This document shows positions 9,713 through 19,118 of a stretch of 64,000 bases of DNA, piece by piece; position 1 is the stretch's first letter; each line of letters starts with the position of its first letter. The position numbers were made by a program, and so were the translations under genes. The notes under the pieces are model-generated. The model was given only the letters and a program-made list of their open reading frames with translations. It was not told where the DNA came from and searched no databases. Source of the stretch: Phycisphaerales bacterium (GTDB lineage: Bacteria; Planctomycetota; Phycisphaerae; WQYP01). The DNA lies in the NCBI GenBank assembly GCA_027451365.1, contig DAIDJN010000056.1, forward strand, positions 1 through 64,000, given 5' to 3'.

Positions 9713-9789
9713 TGCGGCTTGCTTTCTGGCACACGAAGTTGATGAACCCCATTGGAAAAAAATAGTTCTGTTTTTCAGGAGAATGATTT

Positions 9790-9993
9790 ATGCTTTCATT
9801 GATGTTTGGTATCGGCTTGGGATTTTGCGGCGGCGTTGCGGCGGTGCTTGCGGTTCAGGCTCTGGCGGAACACAAATCCTATCACTCGGTAGCGGCGGAA
9901 GATTTCACTTCGCTTAAATCCGACTTGCGAACTGGAATTGATAATCTGCTTGCAGAACTGAAAAAGCTGACCGGCGCCGGTCCGCATAGCTGA
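9790..9993 (+). CDS. small N-terminally anchored membrane protein
   Basis: CAGGAG RBS; hydrophobic N-terminus; amphipathic C-terminal helix. Confidence 0.6.
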   Translation: MLSLMFGIGLGFCGGVAAVLAVQALAEHKSYHSVAAEDFTSLKSDLRTGIDNLLAELKKLTGAGPHS

Positions 9994-10075
9994 CACTCCT
10001 TGCCGCTGGTTGGCGGGCGCATGGTCCGGTAGTGTCATCAATTACCCTTGTTTTCTTATGCGAAAGGACGATGTC

Positions 10076-11593
10076 ATGAGTCTTTTTGGGTCTTCAACCG
10101 GTCTTGGGATGTGTTACAAGCCGCAGGCGATGCTGCCGTTTCTTCAGGCGGCGCTTTCGCGTCGGGTGGACCTGGCGATCATGAGTGATTCAAACACGGT
10201 CAAAGGGTCTGAACAGGGGCATAATGTCGGGATGCGAAATGCCTTTGCCGCGCGCTTTGGCATGTATGCCACGGGTCTGCTGTCTATAGGTAACGGCGGC
10301 AACGATGGCCAGGGCAGTGGATATACCAGCGCGGCCAATTGGCCTTCGCCATCTACTTTTGGTGCTGCAACCGGAATTACCGCGCTGGACGCATACCTTG
10401 CCAATGACGGCGTTTCCGAGGCGGCTTTCATGGGCCAGACCTGGCAATATATGCCCAGCAGCGGGACGATTACCGGTCAGCAGGTGACGACGATTCAATT
10501 GGCGAGCCTGCAGGGATTGCAATTGCCGCTGCCGGCAAGTCTTTCAAACAACGGCAAGATTATTTACGCCAGCCCGATGGACTTAACGCAGGAGCTTTCC
10601 TGGGAATGGACGCAGGGCACGTTTACCACTGGCGGTTATTGGAATCCGACCGCGTATCAGACGGCGGCTCAATATACGAATTATGCGACGGCAAAAGTAT
10701 CTTCCAGTGGCGGATCTTACGGCATGCAGGATGGGAATTTGATTATTCCCGCCGGGGCGCGAAATTCCAACGGGACATACGGGACCATCACACTTTCGCC
10801 ATGCGATTTCGCCGGAGGCACGACGCTGGCTTACGGCGTCAAGGGGCCGGTGCTGATTTCGTATCAGCGGGTGCAGGCACCCGGCGTGCTGACGGGAATC
10901 GCGTATACCACCAACCTTTACCAGGGCGGCCAGGACGCCCGTAACGCGGCGCTGGCGTGGCAGGGAACGGGCATGACCGCGAAGGTGGAATATATGCGGC
11001 AATTGACGCGGTTGCAGAATGGGGCTGCGCCGATGGCCTGTTTTCATATCATGCACGGTGGCAACGATTTTATTGATTCCAACAATTCGGTCGGGCCAAA
11101 CCCGCAGGTGTCCAGCACGCCGGGCGGTTTTGCCGACAACCTGACGGCGATTATCACCGCGATTCGCGCCGCGTGGACCGCGGCGGGATATGCGTTGTCC
11201 AATCTGTTTTTCCTGATCGGGCCGTATCATCCGGCGATTTCACGGCTGGCCAATACGCTGACCTGGCAGGGCACAAGTTATCAGCAGCTTGTGGCCTATG
11301 AATTAGCCGCAGGCAGCGTGGCTGACGCGTTTGGCAATGTGACGGTCATGCACGGCAGCCAATTGCTGCCGGGCGGATTCGGGCAGTCTGCGATGTATAT
11401 GCAGTCCAAGGGATTTTATGACTACCAGGGCGATGCGCATCTGATTCGCCAGGGCTATGAATGGATCGGCTTCAGAGCGGTCGATACGCTGATAAGTGAG
11501 GCGTTTGGCAGCGGGGCCACTTCATCTCCGTCGGGGGTATTTTCCAGCAGCGGAACGGCAAGCCTGAGCACTGGCACATTTACGACCGGGTGA
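10076..11593 (+). CDS. SGNH/GDSL-hydrolase-family protein with large Gly/Thr/Ser-rich beta insertion
   Basis: Block I IMSDSNT, block III HGGND and block V GDAHLIRQGY; AAAGGA RBS before ATG 10076. Confidence 0.7.
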   Translation: MSLFGSSTGLGMCYKPQAMLPFLQAALSRRVDLAIMSDSNTVKGSEQGHNVGMRNAFAARFGMYATGLLSIGNGGNDGQGSGYTSAANWPSPSTFGAATGITALDAYLANDGVSEAAFMGQTWQYMPSSGTITGQQVTTIQLASLQGLQLPLPASLSNNGKIIYASPMDLTQELSWEWTQGTFTTGGYWNPTAYQTAAQYTNYATAKVSSSGGSYGMQDGNLIIPAGARNSNGTYGTITLSPCDFAGGTTLAYGVKGPVLISYQRVQAPGVLTGIAYTTNLYQGGQDARNAALAWQGTGMTAKVEYMRQLTRLQNGAAPMACFHIMHGGNDFIDSNNSVGPNPQVSSTPGGFADNLTAIITAIRAAWTAAGYALSNLFFLIGPYHPAISRLANTLTWQGTSYQQLVAYELAAGSVADAFGNVTVMHGSQLLPGGFGQSAMYMQSKGFYDYQGDAHLIRQGYEWIGFRAVDTLISEAFGSGATSSPSGVFSSSGTASLSTGTFTTG

Positions 11594-11647
11594 TCACGCG
11601 ATTGCGTTCCAGATTCAATTACAGACTTTATAGACCAAGAGGTAATC

Positions 11648-12058
11648 ATGACCGCTTCGATCATAAGTTTCGACGGCTCCGCCGATTTTCTTGCCTTTAC
11701 CACCCCAGTTCAAACCGTTCCCGCCGGCAATGCTCCGATGGAATGTTTTGACCTGCAATATCCGGCTCGGCGTGGCAAACTTCTGCTGACGATGACGGTG
11801 GGTAACGCCGGTCGGCTGGATACCTTCTATATCAGCCGCGCCAGCATTCTGGGTGGCACGACGGTGCCGTGGAAAAGCGGCACGGACTTTCTTACGCCCA
11901 CCAGTCAGCAGCCGGAAACTCTGGCGTACACATTTCCAGTACCCGCCGGGACGAGTTTTCAACTGATGGTGGATATGGAAGGTGTGGCCGAATTGCAGAT
12001 ATGGGCCGGATCTATTGCCGGCACCACATTGCAACTGCAGGTTGGCGCGCCGGATTAA
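11648..12058 (+). CDS. hypothetical beta-rich protein (possible capsid decoration/cement protein)
   Basis: AAGAGG RBS; alternating hydrophobic/Thr pattern, no TM helix; position in the capsid operon. Confidence 0.6.
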   Translation: MTASIISFDGSADFLAFTTPVQTVPAGNAPMECFDLQYPARRGKLLLTMTVGNAGRLDTFYISRASILGGTTVPWKSGTDFLTPTSQQPETLAYTFPVPAGTSFQLMVDMEGVAELQIWAGSIAGTTLQLQVGAPD

Positions 12059-12114
12059 CCGGCGGCCCGGGCCTCCGCAATTCCAGATCAGATCAGAACA
12101 TCACAGGAATGCAG

Positions 12115-13425
12115 ATGAATATTCTTATCAAATGGCCGACGCGCAGCCGGCCACAACTGTTTTTGGCGACTTTGGCCAGATGGCGGTCCATGGCATCGGG
12201 GCAACATTGCATACGGTACGTGATCAGCATTGATGCCGATGATCCGACCATGTGCACGCCCTGGGTAACCCGCGCTTTGGCGGATATGAAGGATGTGCGC
12301 GTAATAACGGGTGCGGCGCGACGAAGCAAAGTAAGCGCCTGCAACGCGGACCTTCCGGTGGATGGCGACTATAGCTTCGCCGGCGAGCCACCCGATATGC
12401 TGGTTCTGGCCAGCGACGACATGCAGCCGCGAATGCGGGAATGGGATGATATTTTCGCAAAAACAATGGCGCAACAGTTTCCCGCGATGGATGGCGCGCT
12501 GCACTTTTCCGATGGTTACCGCGGCGGTCAATCACTGATGACTCTTTCGATAATGGGTTGGAATCTGTATCGCCGTTTCGGGTATGTCTATCATCCGGCG
12601 TATCAGTCGTTTTTCTGCGACAATGAATTTACCGCCGTGGTCAAAAAAACAGGCAGATATGCCTGGGACCCGCGCGTGGTGATTGAGCATGAACATATCG
12701 GGAGGCATCCGGATGCCCTGTACCGGCGGAACCAACTGCGATGGCGGGAAGATGAGCTGATGTTCGCACTGCGGCAGTCCGCCGGATTTGATATTCAGAC
12801 TCCCCGGTTAAGCATTCTGATCGCCGCTTTGGACAAGCGGGAAAAATCGCTGCGAGAACTGCTGGATATCCTGCATCAGCAGATTTTTGCCTTGGCGAAT
12901 CCGTGGCAGGTGGAAATTCGTGTCGCGCGTGACCGCGGCGAATTACCGGTGGGCATCAAGCGGCAGCGGCTGTTGCGCGAGGCGGGCGGTGATTTCGTCT
13001 GCTTCATTGATGATGACGATCTGGTGGCGCCCACATATGTCGCCGATATTCTGTTCGCCATTGATCGCCAGCCCGGCGTGGACTGCGTGGTGTTCGGCGG
13101 ACGTCTGGAAGTGGATGGTCGATTTGCCGGTCCATTTGATTATTCGATTGCCCATCAGCGATATTATCAGGTGGGGAACCGCTATTTCCGCACGCCGAAC
13201 CATTTGTGCCCGGTGCGGCGCGATCTTGCGATTCAGGTCGGGTTTAAGGCGGTCAATTGCGGGGAAGATACCGATTACGCCCGGCGTCTTTACCCGCTTT
13301 TGAAAACGCAGGCGGAAATTGCGGCACCGGACGGGACCGGAGAAAAGAAAACTCTATATCAATATCGCTTCAGCCCCACGGGCACCGCGACACAACTGGC
13401 TGGCAAATCGGCGGCGCAAGTCTGA
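12115..13425 (+). CDS. two-domain GT-A (GT2-like) glycosyltransferase
   Basis: Domain 1 has PTRSRP...SDDM...FFCDNEF; domain 2 has LSILIA...FIDDDD...PNHL...GEDTDY. ACAGGA RBS. Confidence 0.85.
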   Translation: MNILIKWPTRSRPQLFLATLARWRSMASGQHCIRYVISIDADDPTMCTPWVTRALADMKDVRVITGAARRSKVSACNADLPVDGDYSFAGEPPDMLVLASDDMQPRMREWDDIFAKTMAQQFPAMDGALHFSDGYRGGQSLMTLSIMGWNLYRRFGYVYHPAYQSFFCDNEFTAVVKKTGRYAWDPRVVIEHEHIGRHPDALYRRNQLRWREDELMFALRQSAGFDIQTPRLSILIAALDKREKSLRELLDILHQQIFALANPWQVEIRVARDRGELPVGIKRQRLLREAGGDFVCFIDDDDLVAPTYVADILFAIDRQPGVDCVVFGGRLEVDGRFAGPFDYSIAHQRYYQVGNRYFRTPNHLCPVRRDLAIQVGFKAVNCGEDTDYARRLYPLLKTQAEIAAPDGTGEKKTLYQYRFSPTGTATQLAGKSAAQV

Positions 13426-13503
13426 CGCGACAAGGTCCTGTTCGTGCGCGTACTGTCGAGAACCTGTCACGGAGGACGGTCAGCGAAAATGTACCGGGGA
13501 GAT

Positions 13504-14667
13504 TCAGTTGTCCATTCGGCCCGGCGCGAACGGAGTCAGGTCCCAGGCGCATTGGCCATCAAGAATAAGGTCCGCCATCGCCTGGGAAGCCAGCGGCGCA
13601 AAACCGATGCCTATTTTGAAATGACCCGCACATATATACAGATTGTCGAACTGGGCGAATTTTCCCATCACGGGGCGGCGTTTTGGGCCTGCCGGCCGCA
13701 GCCCGGCCCATATTTTAGCGACGGTGGCCTCGGCCAGTGCGGGGCAAACGCCATTGGCCCCGCTGCGCAGAAAATTTATTCCGTCAGGCGTGTTGATCGT
13801 ATCATATCCCGCTTCCGGTTCGGTGGTGGAACCAACCAGAATTCGCCCGTCGGGCCATGGCACCAGAAAAATGTTTTCGCGTTTGACAATATGCTGCAAA
13901 ACAGGCCGTTGGGTTTGCAGCAGCATGGCTTGTCCTTTTACCGGATCAATGACCGCGGGCGCGACAGGCTGACCGAGCAGATGTGTCCAGACGCCGGTGC
14001 AGATCAGATACTTTTCCGCCTGAAATGTCCGGCCGTCGGCGATTATGCCGGTGACGCGTGAAGCAAGCGTGTCCAGGCGGGTCGCGGGCGTATATTCCTC
14101 AATGATCACGCCGCGACTTATACACGCCTGGCGCAGGGCTGCAATCAATTCCTCGACATTGACCTGTGCCGACCAGCGGCAAAGCTGGCTTTCCAGCGTG
14201 CCGCATTCGACCATCGGTTCGAGTGTCCGGGCTGCCGCGGGAGAAAGCATTTCCATCACCGGGTCAATCGGTGGCGACTGATCGGCCTGTGCGGGAGTTA
14301 AGGCGGGCCATTGTTCACAGGCCGCCGCCGTCTGCTGGCGTGCCTGCGCCAGAGCCTTTTCACTGGAGAAAAGCTCCAACTTACCTTGTCTTAAATAGGG
14401 AACATTTCGTCCGGTTGCGCGATACAAAGCCTGCAGAAAATGCGGGTAATCCCAAAGGCTTTGACGGTGCAATTGCTGCAAATGACCGGCATTCACCATG
14501 GCAGGCGGCCATAACGCGCCTAGCGCCGCCTGGCTGGCGCCCTGTCCGCACCGACCAAGCTCCAGGAGCCGCACCCGGGCACCACGGTCGGCCATTCGCC
14601 AGGCGGCGGCCATGCCCATTATCCCGCCTCCTGAAACCAGCACATCTACCGCTGCAATGCTTTTCAT
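13504..14667 (-). CDS. thiO: FAD-dependent oxidoreductase, glycine oxidase ThiO/DAO family
   Basis: GGGIMG dinucleotide-binding motif, GASQAALG, PVKGQ, WAGLRP and GHFKIGI. Confidence 0.75.
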   Translation of the reverse strand: MKSIAAVDVLVSGGGIMGMAAAWRMADRGARVRLLELGRCGQGASQAALGALWPPAMVNAGHLQQLHRQSLWDYPHFLQALYRATGRNVPYLRQGKLELFSSEKALAQARQQTAAACEQWPALTPAQADQSPPIDPVMEMLSPAAARTLEPMVECGTLESQLCRWSAQVNVEELIAALRQACISRGVIIEEYTPATRLDTLASRVTGIIADGRTFQAEKYLICTGVWTHLLGQPVAPAVIDPVKGQAMLLQTQRPVLQHIVKRENIFLVPWPDGRILVGSTTEPEAGYDTINTPDGINFLRSGANGVCPALAEATVAKIWAGLRPAGPKRRPVMGKFAQFDNLYICAGHFKIGIGFAPLASQAMADLILDGQCAWDLTPFAPGRMDN

Positions 14668-14769
14668 GAACGCAATCTCCAAACAGTCGCGGCGAAAGTA
14701 TAACGGACGTGGTGCCATCGCGGTAAAGCGCTGCTGAATCGGCGGACGCTTTATGCTAAACTTTTGCGC

Positions 14770-16113
14770 ATGAGGTACTCGCTGTTAAAAATGGTCCTTT
14801 TGGTTTCGGCGGTTTTGCAGATGGCCATGGCCAGTGTTGCGCTGGCGGGCCATATTGTCGCCGGTCCTGCGATCGGTGCGGTCACGTCCAATTCCGCGCG
14901 AATCTGGATGGAACTGAATACTTCAGACCGCGTGCATGTGCAGGCGTTTGATGTCAACACCGGGCGGGAAGTTTCCGCGTGGGGCGATGGGGTGCACGGG
15001 CCGCCGCCGTTTGTGGGGGCTGCCTCAATAGGCGGACTGCAACCGGACCGGGATTACAGCCTGCGGCTATTTATCAACGGCCAGCGGCGACTGCTGCCGG
15101 GGCCACCGCTTATCATTCGTACGAATCCGGTCCGCGGGTCGGGTGGGAATTACACGTTTGCGTTCGGTTCGTGTGCGGATACCAGCCGGTATCCGGGTGT
15201 GAAAATTTGGCACACGATAGCGAAGCTTCAGCCGCGGGCGTTTATATTTGCGGGCAATTCCGTCTATTTGCCGCGTACACTGGCGGGCTTTCCCTATACC
15301 TATGTTCACGCCTTGCGTTTCATTCTGGAAAAATATGAACAGGCCCGGCGGTTTAGCGGGATTCAGCCGCTGATGCGATCCTGTCCGATTTATGCGACGT
15401 GGGACGACCGGGATTTCGGCATTCCGCACAGCGATTCAAGATTTGTTTTTTCCGGCGAATCGATGATAGCCTTTGAACGCTATTGGCTGAATCCGGGTTA
15501 CGGCACTGGTCCGACGGTGGCCACATTCTGCCACTTCACCGTGGGCGACGCCGAATTTTTCCTGCTGGATGACCGAACGTTCCGTGTTCCGGGCAGCAAA
15601 GGCAAGCCGGGCGTCATGCTGGGTCAAACGCAGATCAACTGGCTCAAAAAGCGATTGTTTCGCAGCAAGGCGACGTTCAAATTCATTGTGGATGGCGACC
15701 AGATGCTGGCCGATTATCCTGGCCATGAAAGCTGGGGCAATTTTTCCCGCGAGCGGAGGCACCTGCTGGCCTGGATATTTTCGCATGATGTAAGCGGTGT
15801 TATCTTTCTTTCCGGTCACCGGCGCTTTGGCGAATTGACCGTGCGCCAGCCGGGCCAGGGCATTTTTGGTCAATATCCATTGTACGACCTGACAAGCTCG
15901 TCATTGGCGGCGGCGCCGATAACCGACGATCAGGCGGCCGCGTTTGTAAATTCCAACCGGATCGGGGGGCCGGTGCTGGTGCATAACTTCGGCCTGATTC
16001 GCATCGGCGGCCCGTTGGGACAGCGGCATGTCACGCTGGAACTGCGCAATTCGGCGGGCAAAACCATGTTCGAAAAGACAATTCCGCAACTTCAGTTGCA
16101 GGCGGCACAATAG
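14770..16113 (+). CDS. secreted PhoD-family (alkaline phosphatase D-like) protein with degenerate metal ligands
   Basis: Signal peptide, GP..GAVT..SARIW, FGSC, WDDRD, LDDR, LGQTQ..WL and ESW motifs. Confidence 0.85.
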   Translation: MRYSLLKMVLLVSAVLQMAMASVALAGHIVAGPAIGAVTSNSARIWMELNTSDRVHVQAFDVNTGREVSAWGDGVHGPPPFVGAASIGGLQPDRDYSLRLFINGQRRLLPGPPLIIRTNPVRGSGGNYTFAFGSCADTSRYPGVKIWHTIAKLQPRAFIFAGNSVYLPRTLAGFPYTYVHALRFILEKYEQARRFSGIQPLMRSCPIYATWDDRDFGIPHSDSRFVFSGESMIAFERYWLNPGYGTGPTVATFCHFTVGDAEFFLLDDRTFRVPGSKGKPGVMLGQTQINWLKKRLFRSKATFKFIVDGDQMLADYPGHESWGNFSRERRHLLAWIFSHDVSGVIFLSGHRRFGELTVRQPGQGIFGQYPLYDLTSSSLAAAPITDDQAAAFVNSNRIGGPVLVHNFGLIRIGGPLGQRHVTLELRNSAGKTMFEKTIPQLQLQAAQ

Positions 16114-16218
16114 TGCGGCACCGGCCCGGGGCTGTCCGGGCGCGCGGTTGATGGAAATATGCAACAGGTCGGATACCAAATGCTTTCTCTACAATAACAA
16201 AAGGTGTGTGTGCGATTC

Positions 16219-18012
16219 ATGGCGACTCTCAATAATTCAGGCGAAGCATCCTCTGCCGGCGGAAAACCTCAAGCCGCGGGGCGGATGCGCTTCCCCGTGT
16301 TTGCGCTGCTTATTCTGACGACCAACGTGATGTTATGGCTGGCATTTCCCCCCGCGGGGGTTTGGCCGCTGGCGCTTTTTGCCCTGGCGCCCTTGACCCT
16401 GGCGATTCTGGGCCGCCCCGGCGGCATCTGGCCGCTGCTTTTGTTGTGGACGGGCGGATTCATTTATTTTCTGGTGGCCAGCTTCTGGCTTATTCCGGTT
16501 ACGGTGGGTGGCTATATCGGATTAAGTTTATACATGGGTATATATTTTCCAATTTTCGGGGTTCTTCTGCGGATCTGGGTTGTGCGCCTGCGCGTTCCTG
16601 TGCTGCTGGCGGTGCCGCTGGCGTTCACGGCGGCGGAATATGTCCGCAGCACATTCATGTCCGGCTTTTCCTGGTTTATGGTGGGCACCGCTCTGGCACC
16701 CTGCAAGCCACTGCTGCAATGCGCGGACCTTGCCGGAGTTTCCGGATTGACGTTTTTGTGCGGTATCGCCGCAGGCGCCCTGGTTGAAATTCTGCAACGC
16801 GGCGAAGGTCCACATGGGGTGGCCGCGGACGGAGGAATTTACCAGTCTGGTGTCAACAGAAAAAAAGTCGTTCATGGGGCCGTGGCGCTGCTGATTCTGG
16901 CCGGCGGCTGCGCGTACGGGGGTTATCGGTTGACACAGCGAGGCGTCATCTCCCCCGGGCCTCTGGTGGCCGTGGTGGAAAGCCACATTCCCCAAGCCCT
17001 GAAAGACACCCAAACCGCCGCCGATGAACAGGCCATGTTCCGGGCATTTTGTGCGCAATCCGTTGCCGCGGCCAAGACACATCCGAACTTGAATCTGATT
17101 GTCTGGCCGGAAACCATGGTGCCCGGAGATTTAAACCGGGCGTGGCTGGATATGTCGGCGGAAGACTTTCTGCCCGGACATGGCCGTGGGGAATTGAAAC
17201 GCGATCAGGGCTACGCAAAAAAGCTCATCGCACTTTCCCGTCAGACTGGCGCGGCCTTTCTTGTCGGTTCGGGCGGCATTCACTTTGGTTCCAACGGTCG
17301 GCCGGACAAACTGCAGAATATCGCGGTATTCTTCACACCCCAGCATGGCCTGACCGGCCATCCTTATGCGAAACATCATCTGGTTCCGTTCGGCGAATAT
17401 ATTCCATTTAAGCAAACCGGCCCGCTGATTCACAAATGGCTGCTGGATTTAACGCCCTACGGTCCCAATGGTGTGTACAGCCTGACCCCGGGCACAAAAT
17501 GGCGGCGTTTTGTGCTGCACGTGGGCAAGCACCGGTGGCATTTCGGCACGCCGATCTGTTATGAAGATGCCATGCCGCATCCCTGTCGCATGCTGGCCCG
17601 GCCGCGCGGCGGAAAAAAGGGTACGGCGTTTTTGGTCAGCATAAGCAATGACGGCTGGTACAGCAGCAACGCCGAACTGTTGCAACATCTGCAATTAAGC
17701 GAAGTGCGGGCGGTGGAAAACAGGGTCTCCATTGCGCGCAGTGTCAATGGCGGCGATTCAGGCCTGGTGGATTCCGACGGCCGTGTGCTGAAACTTGCCG
17801 GACCGCCGGCGGGAAAAGGGAAATTGGTAGGTGGGGTCGCGGTAGGCCGCCTGCCCATCGATCGGCGCATCAGTCTGTTCAGCCGGACTGGCGACCTGCT
17901 GGCCCGTTCACTGGTACTTTTGAACCTGCTTGCGGTGGGGGGCGTATGGACGTGGGACCTGGGCGGATGGCTTATGAATATCCGTAAGAAGCAGGCTTTT
18001 TTAGGTGTTTGA
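16219..18012 (+). CDS. lnt: apolipoprotein N-acyltransferase
   Basis: Multi-TM N-terminus; VWPET, YAKHHLVPFGEYIP, ICYED, SNDGW and RAVEN. Confidence 0.95.
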   Translation: MATLNNSGEASSAGGKPQAAGRMRFPVFALLILTTNVMLWLAFPPAGVWPLALFALAPLTLAILGRPGGIWPLLLLWTGGFIYFLVASFWLIPVTVGGYIGLSLYMGIYFPIFGVLLRIWVVRLRVPVLLAVPLAFTAAEYVRSTFMSGFSWFMVGTALAPCKPLLQCADLAGVSGLTFLCGIAAGALVEILQRGEGPHGVAADGGIYQSGVNRKKVVHGAVALLILAGGCAYGGYRLTQRGVISPGPLVAVVESHIPQALKDTQTAADEQAMFRAFCAQSVAAAKTHPNLNLIVWPETMVPGDLNRAWLDMSAEDFLPGHGRGELKRDQGYAKKLIALSRQTGAAFLVGSGGIHFGSNGRPDKLQNIAVFFTPQHGLTGHPYAKHHLVPFGEYIPFKQTGPLIHKWLLDLTPYGPNGVYSLTPGTKWRRFVLHVGKHRWHFGTPICYEDAMPHPCRMLARPRGGKKGTAFLVSISNDGWYSSNAELLQHLQLSEVRAVENRVSIARSVNGGDSGLVDSDGRVLKLAGPPAGKGKLVGGVAVGRLPIDRRISLFSRTGDLLARSLVLLNLLAVGGVWTWDLGGWLMNIRKKQAFLGV

Positions 18013-18051
18013 CGGTAACATCCTGTAACGGATTGGAATAAAGGTGACAAC

Positions 18052-19098
18052 ATGATTCATTTTAAGAATGGGTTTAGACTCTTTGGCTTTCCGGTCGGTT
18101 GGTTGTGCGGGATTTGGAACGCCAGGAGAATGCGCGCCTTGGGCGTAAGCATGCTGGTGCTGACTGGCGGTACGGTGTGGAATTCACCCGTGGCGAGCGC
18201 AGCGGATCATCCCGCGCCGCCCCATATTCATCTTGCCCCGGTGGAAGACCTGCTTGCCCGCATGGCCAAAAGTCCGCATCCGTCACTGCGCGCCGCCGCG
18301 ATTGAAAGCGTCCAGGGGCTTAAAACGCGAGCCGCTGATCAAATAATCGCCCGCGGCCTGAAGGATGCCGATTCCATGGTTCGGTTTTCGGCGGCGATTG
18401 TCGCCGGTAAACGCCGCCTGGCAACGGTGCGGAAGGAACTCGACCATCTGTTGACCGACCGGGACCAGAGTGTGCGAGTTGCGGCCATTTATGCTTTGGC
18501 CCGTCTGGGCCATACCAGCCATATGGGCGAGTTGGCCCAAACCCTGCAAAGCAAAAATCCCACCGTGCGGGCCAACACGGCATTTGTGCTGGGACGTCTG
18601 GGCGATACTTCGGCAATTATGCTTTTGAAAACAGGTGTGAACGATCCGAATTCCGCCGTCCGCATGGCCATTACGTCCGCCCTTGCCCGCCTTGGCGACC
18701 CGCGTGCGATCAACAGTCTTATAGCCATGAGTCTAAGCAAATACGCTCAGTTCCATTTAGCCGCGATGAGTACCTGCCGGTCGTTGCAGAATCCACTGGC
18801 GGCGAATGTGCTGCTTAACGGACTGCATGATCCGCTGATTGCGGCCCAACTGATTGCCGCCCGCGGCTTAGGACAGCGCAACAGCACGCTGGGGGAAAAA
18901 ATCGCGTTGACTTGTGCCGCGGATAAAAACCCGCAATTGCGAGTACTGGCGGCGCTGGCCCTGGGTTCCATTCCGGTAGCGTACAATGCCCATGTTCTGA
19001 AGAAATTATTCAAAGACCCGGACCCTAAAGTGGAAATTGCCGCCGCCGCCGGACTTATAGAATTGCATCATCTGGCGGATCTGGCCAAACGGCACTGA
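18052..19098 (+). CDS. secreted HEAT/PBS-lyase-repeat protein
   Basis: Repeated L.D.D..VR.AA..AL..LG units; signal-like segment; true start may be ATG 18130. Confidence 0.85.
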   Translation: MIHFKNGFRLFGFPVGWLCGIWNARRMRALGVSMLVLTGGTVWNSPVASAADHPAPPHIHLAPVEDLLARMAKSPHPSLRAAAIESVQGLKTRAADQIIARGLKDADSMVRFSAAIVAGKRRLATVRKELDHLLTDRDQSVRVAAIYALARLGHTSHMGELAQTLQSKNPTVRANTAFVLGRLGDTSAIMLLKTGVNDPNSAVRMAITSALARLGDPRAINSLIAMSLSKYAQFHLAAMSTCRSLQNPLAANVLLNGLHDPLIAAQLIAARGLGQRNSTLGEKIALTCAADKNPQLRVLAALALGSIPVAYNAHVLKKLFKDPDPKVEIAAAAGLIELHHLADLAKRH

Positions 19099-19118
19099 AT
19101 CGTCGGCGCCGGAGGCGT

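Noticed and set aside
7180..13425. Complete prophage or classical family-1 encapsulin
   Set aside because: No integrase, terminase, portal, tail or att sites; the capsid motifs are phage HK97-type, with no DyP/ferritin-like cargo gene.
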